A DNA stretch of 64,000 nucleotides, from positions 29,931 through 93,930 of the forward strand of contig JAITVV010000089.1 of NCBI GenBank assembly GCA_031285625.1, given 5' to 3'. The position numbers and the translations under genes were made by a program. The first letter of the stretch is position 1; every line of letters starts with the position of its first letter. Under the pieces are notes generated by a model that was given only the letters and a program-made list of their open reading frames with translations, did not search any database and was not told the DNA's origin. This DNA is from Prevotella sp. Its GTDB lineage: Bacteria > Bacteroidota > Bacteroidia > Bacteroidales > Dysgonomonadaceae. This document shows, piece after piece, positions 20,138 to 28,720 of this stretch.

Positions 20138-21610
20138 TTATTTCGATTCTACTTTATATAGATATATATCTAATATATGTAAACTATCCGTGATTAGATT
20201 ATGCTTTAGCAATTCGGTTTGGTATGTTCTGAATTCTTCCTGAATAGCTCCTCTTTCCTGATGTACTAAAATATACCTGCTGAATTTTACGGAATCCGTT
20301 TTATCAAAAACAAAGGGTTCGAAATTATTATACTTACCCTGATCAAGAACACAATATTCGCCATCAGGCATAATCAATTGAAGACGGGGTATAACATGAT
20401 AAGAGAAATCATTTACTACAAATATCTGTCTATTGTCGGTTCTTGAAAACTCACGTATTTGATTATATGCTACCTCTACCTGATTGTAATGCTTAACACC
20501 TGAATAGACCCTCACACCTCCTGTAATAAACATTAAAGCAAGAAAAACATAGGATAGTTTTTTATACATAGGATATTTATTCACTTTAGCCAAAACAAAA
20601 GCAAGGCTCAGCACAAAAAGTCCAAATGAACAGGTCATGTACCGCGTAACAAGTATAGGTACATATATAAACGAAATAAGTCCTCCCATAAATACCGGAA
20701 ATAAAAAAGCTAGGAAAGATAAAATAATCAGGTGTTTCATCTTATCTTTCTCTTCAATACTGGCCACTATGGCTTTCAATGTTAGCACTAATTGAATACA
20801 CATTATGATTATCAACCAGACCATCATTTGCATTTTTGTGAAATCAGTGAAAGGCAACCATATATCTTTTGGTGAATAGAAATAATAAATATGGAGAAAC
20901 AGGTCGTTTATCGTCAATGGATTTATCCAATAATCTCCGGCAACATCACTAAACTGGGATATTAACTGAAAAAACCATGGCAAATAAGCCAATGAGAATA
21001 GAATACCACATAGGATGAGATATCTCACCTTCCTTTTTTTCAGAATTGAAATAATGAACAAGCATATATATATTCCGAATACACTTAACAATCCATAATT
21101 ATGCAAGTATGCAGCACATATACCAGTACAGAAGAACAATAGCCAACTACTCATTTTGCCACTGACAAATATATCAAATGCACTAAGAGCACATGCCAAT
21201 ACAAAAAACATAGTCCATGAATACATACGTATATCCGTTGCCAGATATTGAGTCACAGGAAACAAGATTATCAAAACGATAAAGAATACTGCCACCTTAT
21301 CACCAAAAAATCTACGTATGGGAAAACATCCCAACAATAATGTGAGAAAAATCCCCAACAGTGAAAAGAGACGCAATACGAAGGTAGAACTACCGAAAAG
21401 AAGGCTAAAAGTCTTTAATCCCCAATAATAGAAAGGAGGATGAACATCTTTAGCTGTTATATGCATTATATCTGAATATGAAGCCTCTATCATAAAAGCT
21501 GAATAGGCATCATCATAAGGTATTTCAGTATCCTTTAAGTCAAGAAAGGTAAATAAACCCATCCCAAAAGTAAGTAAGGATATATATATAAATACTTTGG
21601 AGACTTTCAT
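20138..21610 (-). CDS. GT-C fold membrane glycosyltransferase (GT39/PMT-like)
   Basis: YDDAYS, DVHPPFYY, LRLFS, DIRMYS, YLHNYG, YLPW; polytopic. Confidence 0.8.
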   Translation of the reverse strand: MKVSKVFIYISLLTFGMGLFTFLDLKDTEIPYDDAYSAFMIEASYSDIMHITAKDVHPPFYYWGLKTFSLLFGSSTFVLRLFSLLGIFLTLLLGCFPIRRFFGDKVAVFFIVLIILFPVTQYLATDIRMYSWTMFFVLACALSAFDIFVSGKMSSWLLFFCTGICAAYLHNYGLLSVFGIYICLFIISILKKRKVRYLILCGILFSLAYLPWFFQLISQFSDVAGDYWINPLTINDLFLHIYYFYSPKDIWLPFTDFTKMQMMVWLIIIMCIQLVLTLKAIVASIEEKDKMKHLIILSFLAFLFPVFMGGLISFIYVPILVTRYMTCSFGLFVLSLAFVLAKVNKYPMYKKLSYVFLALMFITGGVRVYSGVKHYNQVEVAYNQIREFSRTDNRQIFVVNDFSYHVIPRLQLIMPDGEYCVLDQGKYNNFEPFVFDKTDSVKFSRYILVHQERGAIQEEFRTYQTELLKHNLITDSLHILDIYLYKVESK

Positions 21611-22185
21611 TTGCTGGTATTATTTATCCATTTGAAGGACTCAATCATATTTACAATATCATCACGGAGATATGTTACAACAGGAGATATAGAATCAGGA
21701 TTTATCGCATTATCAAAATACAACGATCCTCTCATAAAATTAGAAGTATTATCTGTTATATAGAACTGAACAGGTGAAGCTACCGCACCTTTTATGTCAT
21801 ATATAAGTGCGATCGGATTGCCCAATAAGTCTGAAAACTGAGATTGTGATATACTTTCGGCCTTTACTGTATGAACATATGCTAATCTATAACTGTGGTC
21901 AAGCATTTTAGATATGCCTTGTTTTCCCGAGGGGATATAGGTACAATATATTGTTGCATTATAGTTTGGGTAAATGATATTGAACCATATCTCCGATTTA
22001 TCTTCTGAATCTAAATATTCTATCTTGGCATTAGATGGATATAGAAAAGAAAATTTAGCCCCTTTAAACTCCATCAATTTATATGCTTCCTTATCTATCC
22101 GTGAGTATCCTTTTGGTTTGGGGGTATAATCATTACATGAGATAAGAAACAACATAAATATAAAATATAGGACCTTCATTTTCAT
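21607..22185 (-). CDS. gldD: GldD-like lipoprotein
   Basis: LISCNDYTPKPKGYSRID, WFNIIYP, ASPVQFYITD, FMRGSLYF, NPDSISPV. Confidence 0.85.
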   Translation of the reverse strand: MKMKVLYFIFMLFLISCNDYTPKPKGYSRIDKEAYKLMEFKGAKFSFLYPSNAKIEYLDSEDKSEIWFNIIYPNYNATIYCTYIPSGKQGISKMLDHSYRLAYVHTVKAESISQSQFSDLLGNPIALIYDIKGAVASPVQFYITDNTSNFMRGSLYFDNAINPDSISPVVTYLRDDIVNMIESFKWINNTSK

Positions 22186-22201
22186 TCTTTATTAAAACAG
22201 A

Positions 22202-22244
22202 AACAGATTAATCAAACAGCAGTTACCATTTGTATTAATCTGTT
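22202..22244 (-). terminator. Probable terminator after ssb
   Basis: AACAGATTAAT/ATTAATCTGTT inverted repeat with a T-rich tail on the minus strand. Confidence 0.5.
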
Positions 22245-22283
22245 ATAATATTTAATGTAATCCTCAAATCACATTCTTTTTCT

Positions 22284-22718
22284 TTAAAATGGCAGATCAT
22301 CCTCTTCCGAGACAATTGGAGGAGCCTGATATCCACTGTTATTTTCTGCAGGAGCACTGTAATTAACATTATCACCTTCGCGTTTACGGCTACCTAATAA
22401 TTCCAGGTTATCAGCATATATCTCATTTACATAACGTTTTACTCCATTGGCATCATCATATGTTCGTGAACGGATTTTACCTTCAACATATACTTGTGTG
22501 CCTCTTCTTACAAACTGTTCTGCAACTTTAGCCAATCCCCTCCAACAAACTATGTTGTGCCATTCGGTACGATCAGGTATCTGAGTTCCATTAGCGGCTG
22601 TATATCCTCTCTCAGTAGTAGCCAGAGTAAAATTAGCAACAACACTACCGTTATCGAAATATTTCACATCAGGATCTTTTCCCACATTTCCTATAAGTAT
22701 GACTTTATTTACTGACAT
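22284..22718 (-). CDS. ssb: Single-stranded DNA-binding protein
   Basis: SVNKVILIGNVGKDP, TEWHNIV, VYVEGKI, C-terminal DDLPF. Confidence 0.97.
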   Translation of the reverse strand: MSVNKVILIGNVGKDPDVKYFDNGSVVANFTLATTERGYTAANGTQIPDRTEWHNIVCWRGLAKVAEQFVRRGTQVYVEGKIRSRTYDDANGVKRYVNEIYADNLELLGSRKREGDNVNYSAPAENNSGYQAPPIVSEEDDLPF

Positions 22719-22784
22719 ATTAAAATATATATTAAGCTTAAGTGTTCACAAATATATGAAAAAAATTTACTTTCTATATTTTTG

Positions 22785-23300
22785 TCAGTCTTCTTTTGAT
22801 TCTCCTACCGATACTATTTTTTGAAGGAACAAGGAATTGGGTATTATTATCTGCTCTCCGGCTTTTGTTCTCAGGTGTGTATGAAAAGTCAGGATATTTT
22901 CTATTGTGGCTTCTATGGGAGTATCTTTGTCAAGAATATGAATTGTATCTCCTATACGGAAAGGTGTAGAAAAAAAGATTATAATACCAGCCGTGATATT
23001 ACTTAATATAGACCATTGTGCAAAAAGGGCAACCCCTATAACCGCAAAAATAGAGGATAAAGCAACTAGCATATTCTGGGGTTGAACTCCCCATATAATA
23101 GCAAGAGTCACAATACAAGTAAAGTTAACAAGCATATTTATAACCCTTATTATATGCAAAGTCCGTAATTCTGACTTAAGGGTCATAGAACTATATTTCC
23201 GGATAACCTTCCCCAAAACATATTTGGAAAAAGGTGTTAACAATATAATTGTTACCGAAGCAATTATCTGAGGCAGGTAGTTGTAGAATATGTCAATCAT
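22785..23300 (-). CDS. Small MscS-family mechanosensitive channel protein
   Basis: GVALFAQWSILSNITAG, PFRIGD, IIIPNS. Confidence 0.85.
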   Translation of the reverse strand: MIDIFYNYLPQIIASVTIILLTPFSKYVLGKVIRKYSSMTLKSELRTLHIIRVINMLVNFTCIVTLAIIWGVQPQNMLVALSSIFAVIGVALFAQWSILSNITAGIIIFFSTPFRIGDTIHILDKDTPIEATIENILTFHTHLRTKAGEQIIIPNSLFLQKIVSVGESKED

Positions 23301-23465
23301 TTATTTAGTAGCAAAATTAATATCAAAGCATATTTCAACAAAGATAAAAAATCACTTGATGTCTTAAATTTATTTATTGAAGACATTTGAACTAATTTAA
23401 CTTAAAATTGTTAAATATATAAAACATGTATTTTATTTATATTTATTAACCAATAATACCAAATT

Positions 23466-24614
23466 ATGAAAAATAAATCAAATTTAGGAGTAATGTTCTT
23501 ATTGAGTATTTTCATATTTTCCTGTCAACAAGAGGATTATGAAATTGAAAATAATGATAAGTCAAATTCTCACGTATTAAAAAGTACCTCTATACCTTCT
23601 ATTGCATCCCAACTATCTAAGAACAAAATACCATTTTACATCCAATCAGCAAATACTGGTGAATACTTAACTATAAATAAAGCTACCCCTATGACTAAAG
23701 CAAAAGATACTAGTGCCAGTTTTCAATGGTATTTTGAAACTGGAAGTTTTATGGGATATCTATTAAAAAATGCAGTAGGAAATGGGAATAATAAATATTT
23801 AGGTTTTCCAATATCTACTGCTAGTCTAAAATCACAGACTCCAACAATGACTGCAAGTACAGCTAGTGGATACAATTACTGGATGATACAAAGCCTCACA
23901 AACAATCCTTATTTCTATAATATTGTAAATGCTAGACAGATGCATATGGATCCAAATGCAGATAAGACAAATGTATATTTAACAAGTTTAACTGACAAAA
24001 ACCACTCATGTGTATTAAGGGCAAAGGATTATGTAAGTAACCAAGCTTGGTCAATAATCCCAATAGGCGAATATGTTATTAAAAAAGTTAGTTATATTTT
24101 ATCCACTGATGATGTCACAACTATGCGACCAACATATCTTATGAATCTTCCATTGACAAATAATACACCTTCAAATGTAGTTCAAGTTGTAAAAGTAGCA
24201 TTTTCATATATTGAGAAATCTGGTTTTTCAGATACACATGGAACAACTATAAATATTAAAAATAGTTCGGAAAAATCATTTTCAGTCCCCAATATTTTGG
24301 GAGGAAAAACAAATACAGAAACGACTACGTCTGAAAGTTGGTCATATACAAAAAGTCAAGAAAAAACAAAAACTTTTGCACTAGAGAATACTGTTACTAT
24401 AACCGTTCCGCCTTACTCTAATTATAAAGCAATGGTTTCAGCTTCTGAATATACAATGAATGCTACTTATGTGATGGAATTAGTCCATGCTATAAATGGA
24501 GGTGAACCTATTATTGTTTCTGGCAAATGGAATGGCATACAAGTTCATGACATGACTTTCGTTATTGATGATGGTAAAGGAAATATTGTTAGAAAACAAG
24601 CGTTAACAAAATAA
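23466..24614 (+). CDS. Lipoprotein with ricin-like lectin region and aerolysin/ETX-MTX2-type pore-forming domain
   Basis: Lipobox IFSC-QQEDYE; QxW-like repeats (FQWY, NYWMI, NQAWSI); Ser/Thr-rich strands with SFSVPNILGGK...ESWSY and TITVPPYS...NATY. Confidence 0.7.
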   Translation: MKNKSNLGVMFLLSIFIFSCQQEDYEIENNDKSNSHVLKSTSIPSIASQLSKNKIPFYIQSANTGEYLTINKATPMTKAKDTSASFQWYFETGSFMGYLLKNAVGNGNNKYLGFPISTASLKSQTPTMTASTASGYNYWMIQSLTNNPYFYNIVNARQMHMDPNADKTNVYLTSLTDKNHSCVLRAKDYVSNQAWSIIPIGEYVIKKVSYILSTDDVTTMRPTYLMNLPLTNNTPSNVVQVVKVAFSYIEKSGFSDTHGTTINIKNSSEKSFSVPNILGGKTNTETTTSESWSYTKSQEKTKTFALENTVTITVPPYSNYKAMVSASEYTMNATYVMELVHAINGGEPIIVSGKWNGIQVHDMTFVIDDGKGNIVRKQALTK

Positions 24615-24638
24615 TTTCAAAAATAAACCTAAAATCAC

Positions 24639-24672
24639 AAAAAGAGGCTAAACAAATGAATAGCCTCTTTTT
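24639..24672. terminator. Bidirectional intrinsic terminator between the toxin-like gene and nigD-like gene
   Basis: AAAAAGAGGCTA/TAGCCTCTTTTT inverted repeat between convergent genes. Confidence 0.8.
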
Positions 24673-24703
24673 ACTATAGTATTTTAATACTAATACTTCA
24701 CAT

Positions 24704-25561
24704 TTACTCTATCTCAGTAGAATACAAGAATGCAAATTGAACTTGATCAGTATTCCAAGTACCATCCAGAGTCTCTTTATTCACTGTATTATTACCTTCT
24801 GTTACAGATTTCATATAACGGAATTTAATAGGTACTAATCTTGTTTTCTCTCCACTAGCAAAGCTAAATTTATCACTTCGTCTAAAATCTCTTTTTATAT
24901 CAGATAGGTTTCCTACAGCCATAATTTGCTTATTGCTTTCTACTCCATCTCCGAAAGATTCTTTCTTAAAGCGGACATCTATAATAATCTTATTATCACC
25001 AATATCTGTCATTACACCATTAACCTCTTCCTGTTGTTTGCTCTTATCATAATAAAAATACATATATACTTCATCCTTCTCTTTTAATAAGGTTGTAGCG
25101 TTAAATACCCACCTATCTCCAAACAAAGGAACATAAGTAGTACTGCTACTTTGAAAATAACTTGGGCTATAATATGCCAAAGAAAAGGATGTAGGTGCAA
25201 AATTATTTTCCACAACGGGAGCTGTGGCCGCACCTAATGTTTGATTCAATTTTACTGGCACAGCACCAAAATCCTCTGCAGTATAATAGCCTGATGAATT
25301 TGCACTTAAATTTGTTATCCTATAACTAAGCAAATAGCATTGCCCTTCTTGTAATTGATCTATCTGAGGAGATTGTATATACATATTCCCATATCCTTTT
25401 CCTGTTACAGCAGCAACTTTACTATAGGAAGAACCCATTGTTGTGATGAAGGCTAGATCAGATCCTATTTCTATCTTATTATCGCTATCTCCTAAGCAAG
25501 AAGAGAATAGGAAAGCAATAGAAAATACACCACAAACCAATTTAAGAATTGATGTTTTCAT
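24704..25561 (-). CDS. NigD-like lipoprotein
   Basis: Lipobox FSSCLGDSDN typical of NigD proteins; position directly after an ECF/anti-sigma pair. Confidence 0.55.
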   Translation of the reverse strand: MKTSILKLVCGVFSIAFLFSSCLGDSDNKIEIGSDLAFITTMGSSYSKVAAVTGKGYGNMYIQSPQIDQLQEGQCYLLSYRITNLSANSSGYYTAEDFGAVPVKLNQTLGAATAPVVENNFAPTSFSLAYYSPSYFQSSSTTYVPLFGDRWVFNATTLLKEKDEVYMYFYYDKSKQQEEVNGVMTDIGDNKIIIDVRFKKESFGDGVESNKQIMAVGNLSDIKRDFRRSDKFSFASGEKTRLVPIKFRYMKSVTEGNNTVNKETLDGTWNTDQVQFAFLYSTEIE

Positions 25562-25588
25562 GTTTTTAATTTAGTTTATTATTAAATT

Positions 25589-26821
25589 TTAAAAATCAAA
25601 TTTTATACCCAGATTCAGATCCAATTGGGTCTTTCTGTCTGAATATATTGTATGGTACTTATTTCCGGCATCAAAATAATAAGCACCTCCAATTGTTCCG
25701 TAAAGATACAACTTTTTGTAAATAGGGTAGGCAACTCCAACGGATGCATTTACAGAAAATTGCGGATTAGACTGTTTTATAGATTCCTTAATATAATAAG
25801 GTTCCTTATAATATAAGATATTCGCTATGATATCATCCTTAATATCCGCTTTAGACATAGCCATCTTACTTTCATACCTCCCCTTTATATCTTTTTGTAC
25901 CATGGCTCCTACCGAAAGGTAAAACTTAGTTTTTCCTAATTCGTAGAACTTATAGTTTAAAGATAATGGTACTCCCAGATAATGGAAATTCTGATTTTCT
26001 TCTATTCCGTATGCACTTTCTGATGATACCTTAGAAGATAAATAAGTATAAACCACACCTGTTTCAAGAGACAGATTAGGGGCAATTCCTTTTGAGACTC
26101 TCACTCCCAAAGAAACCGGTAATCTATGTTGTAACTTGGATTCCTTATTTTCTTTATCTAATGCAGAATTGAAGGCAGCACTACGTACTTCTCTGGAGAA
26201 CAATAGTCCGCTTCCATTCTGGCTTTCACTATATGCCAATAAACCTGCGTTACCAGAAGTACTAAGAGAGAAACCATCTACTTCAGCTTTTTCTTCAGGT
26301 AGCAGCATCTTACCGTATGTTCTCTTAGTCACTTTTTCTTCTTTTTCTACAAAAGGTTCCTTTTGAGGCCTTGGTTTTGGTTCCGATGTTGGCTCTTTTT
26401 TAGGTTCATCCTTATCTGGAACAATCACAGGTTCTTTCTCTCCTTTTCTTACCTGAGCCATAGTAGGTTTATGTTCCTTCGCAGGTATAATAACAGCTGT
26501 AGTATCAATTCTCTTCTCAACTACGTCAGGTACAACTTCTTCAACTACAGCAACAGGTCGTTCGTCAGATATATCTTCAGATTCAGGCATAAGCAATAAT
26601 GCTACAACAATAGCAGCTGCAACACCAATCGCAATCAAGACAGTCTTGATGACTGAACCTGAGGACGATGATGAGGACGATGCAGATGAAGCATCAGCAG
26701 GAGCCGGCTGTTGAGACAAAAGCTGATCCAACCCGCCCCATACAGATGCAGGTACCTCCGGTTCAAAGTCTTTCAACTTTGAGGAGAATAGATCCTTTAT
26801 TTTGTCCTTATCTTCTATCAT
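25589..26821 (-). CDS. Dual-membrane-spanning anti-sigma factor (Reo/Dma type)
   Basis: N-terminal KDLFSSKLKDFEPEVPASVW anti-sigma motif, poly-Ser, one TM helix, Pro/Glu/Lys-rich linker, beta-barrel (SLETGVVYTYLSS, HYLGVPL, LNLGIKFDF). Confidence 0.75.
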   Translation of the reverse strand: MIEDKDKIKDLFSSKLKDFEPEVPASVWGGLDQLLSQQPAPADASSASSSSSSSGSVIKTVLIAIGVAAAIVVALLLMPESEDISDERPVAVVEEVVPDVVEKRIDTTAVIIPAKEHKPTMAQVRKGEKEPVIVPDKDEPKKEPTSEPKPRPQKEPFVEKEEKVTKRTYGKMLLPEEKAEVDGFSLSTSGNAGLLAYSESQNGSGLLFSREVRSAAFNSALDKENKESKLQHRLPVSLGVRVSKGIAPNLSLETGVVYTYLSSKVSSESAYGIEENQNFHYLGVPLSLNYKFYELGKTKFYLSVGAMVQKDIKGRYESKMAMSKADIKDDIIANILYYKEPYYIKESIKQSNPQFSVNASVGVAYPIYKKLYLYGTIGGAYYFDAGNKYHTIYSDRKTQLDLNLGIKFDF

Positions 26822-26825
26822 CTCT

Positions 26826-27383
26826 CTATAATTGCTCTTTTACATACTGTCTCACCTTCTCTTGTAATATTTGCCTGGCCCTTACATACTGCGAGCGGGA
26901 AGTGCCCTCGCTGATACCAAGCATATCTGCAATTTCTTTGTGAGAATAATCTTCTATTGCATATAAATTAAAAACTGTAGAGTAACCTTTTGGTAGCCCT
27001 TGCACCATTTTTAATAGTTCAGCTTCAGATATTCTATACATTTGGTCATCCTCTGTTGACTCATCAACAAGATCGGGAAGGTTCTGAATATCTTCAGAAG
27101 ATTCAAAAATCGATTTTTTCTTTCTTAAGTTTTCTAAAGCCAGGTTTATAAATACACGCTTAAGCCAGCCCTCAAACGAACCCTTTTCCTGATAGGAACT
27201 GATATTCGCGAAGACTTTAATGAATCCATCCTGCAACAAATCCTGAGCAGCATCTGAGTCGGAGCTATAGCGTAAGCAAATGCTGTACATCTTACGTGCG
27301 TAAGTTTCGTATAGCACTTTTTGAGCTTCCCGCTTTTGTTCCTTGCAGCCTGCTATCATTTGCAGTTCATTCATATTGGCCAA
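26826..27383 (-). CDS. ECF sigma-70 factor
   Basis: AQDLLQDGFIKVF, SFEGWLKR, VFNLYAIEDYSHKEIADMLGISEGTSRSQ. ATG 27374 is an alternative start. Confidence 0.93.
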   Translation of the reverse strand: MANMNELQMIAGCKEQKREAQKVLYETYARKMYSICLRYSSDSDAAQDLLQDGFIKVFANISSYQEKGSFEGWLKRVFINLALENLRKKKSIFESSEDIQNLPDLVDESTEDDQMYRISEAELLKMVQGLPKGYSTVFNLYAIEDYSHKEIADMLGISEGTSRSQYVRARQILQEKVRQYVKEQL

Positions 27384-27484
27384 GCTTCATTTTAGAGATG
27401 CATTTCTTTGAGAAATGCTGCATGAATCGGTGATAAATTTTTACGATTATCACTTATTTTATTGAAATAGTATAGATTCTTCAA

Positions 27485-27904
27485 TTATTCAGGTTTCTGG
27501 GTGAAGAGAATCATCTTCACCTGTAATTTATTCCCTACATCAATAACATCTACGACATCCTGTAAACTCAACGATTTATCTGCCTGTAGCAAAACATTCA
27601 TTTCAACGTTTGGATTATCGGCCTTCTCTTTTGTCAGAACTGCAGCTAAAGCAGGCTCAAGTTCTTCTTTAGCCAGTTCTTTATCATTAATATAATATCT
27701 TAGATCTTTTGTTATAATCAGATTGATATTTTTCTTTGTTACAACTTTTTCGGATGTAGCAGCATTTGGTAAAAGTACCCTTATTGCTGCTGGGGTTACC
27801 ATTGTAGATATGATAAGGAAAAATAACAGCAGAAAAAACATAATATCATTCAAAGAAGCTGTATAAACCTCTGCCGTCCTTGTTTTTCTACGTTGTATTT
27901 TCAT
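27485..27904 (-). CDS. exbD: Biopolymer transporter ExbD
   Basis: SLNDIMFFLLLFFLI with the essential TM Asp; LQADK. Confidence 0.9.
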   Translation of the reverse strand: MKIQRRKTRTAEVYTASLNDIMFFLLLFFLIISTMVTPAAIRVLLPNAATSEKVVTKKNINLIITKDLRYYINDKELAKEELEPALAAVLTKEKADNPNVEMNVLLQADKSLSLQDVVDVIDVGNKLQVKMILFTQKPE

Positions 27905-27925
27905 AAATTTATAATTTATAGATGA

Positions 27926-28633
27926 TCAAGCTTCCAGTGTACCTTTTTTGTTCATCCGTATTGCCTTAAGAACCTCATTTGATTCTTTATCAATATTCAC
28001 CACAGCTTTATCAATACGTCCATTTAATAAGTAATAACCCGAATAAGCAATAATACCAACTAACAAACCGGCTCCCGAACAAATCATTTTCTGGTACAAT
28101 CCTGTAGAAATGGTATCAATAGCGAGGTCATTTGTTCTGGCAATATCGTAGAATATCTTTATAACACCGAATATCGTTCCCAAGAACCCTAACATCGGTG
28201 CAATTGAAGCAGTGATACCAAGCCAGTTCATTTGATTTTCGAGAATACTCACTTGTTGACGAGCCTCTACCTCCATTGCTTCTTCTATCTCTTTATCACT
28301 GAGTTCAAATTCTTTCAGTCCGGCAGCGATAACTTTTGCAGAAGCATATGGACGTTCGATACAAAATTTTAGTGCTTTATCTATTTTCCCTTCGTGAATA
28401 AGTTCAATCACACGGGACAGCCACACAGAGTCTTTCTTTCCCAAACGATTTATTACTAACCATTTATTTATGATAACATAAATAGCTAATAAAGACAAAA
28501 GAAATATAGGAAGTAGAATCCAGCCTCCTTTTAGAATAAGACTAAAGTAACTTTCTTCAGGGGCAGTCTGGGCAGTCTGCTCTGCCATCTCAACCACAGG
28601 ATTGGCAGCTTGTAGTAGTACAAATAAATTCAT
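27926..28633 (-). CDS. exbB: MotA/TolQ/ExbB proton channel protein
   Basis: KGGW, ASIAPMLGFLGTIFGVI, GLLVGIIAY. Confidence 0.9.
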   Translation of the reverse strand: MNLFVLLQAANPVVEMAEQTAQTAPEESYFSLILKGGWILLPIFLLSLLAIYVIINKWLVINRLGKKDSVWLSRVIELIHEGKIDKALKFCIERPYASAKVIAAGLKEFELSDKEIEEAMEVEARQQVSILENQMNWLGITASIAPMLGFLGTIFGVIKIFYDIARTNDLAIDTISTGLYQKMICSGAGLLVGIIAYSGYYLLNGRIDKAVVNIDKESNEVLKAIRMNKKGTLEA

Positions 28634-28660
28634 TAATTTTGATTCCTTTTAATGTAAATT

Positions 28661-28695
28661 TCGACAGAAGAACCAAAGATAAGCTCTTCTGTCGA
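28661..28695. promoter_or_regulatory. 11-bp inverted repeat enclosing a -7 promoter box for exbBD
   Basis: TCGACAGAAGA...TCTTCTGTCGA with minus-strand TATCTTTG (28674-28681) in the loop. Confidence 0.5.
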
Positions 28696-28720
28696 TATAT
28701 CATTTATCCTTTAATAATCT

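Noticed and set aside
21607-22185. gldD as evidence of gliding motility
   Set aside because: No other gld/spr genes in the window, and GldD homologues occur in non-gliding Bacteroidales.
26655-26700. GAT/GAG triplet repeats in the anti-sigma gene and the GGGCAGTCT duplication in exbB (28561-28578)
   Set aside because: In-frame low-complexity linkers (poly-Ser, QTA-QTA), not contingency repeats.
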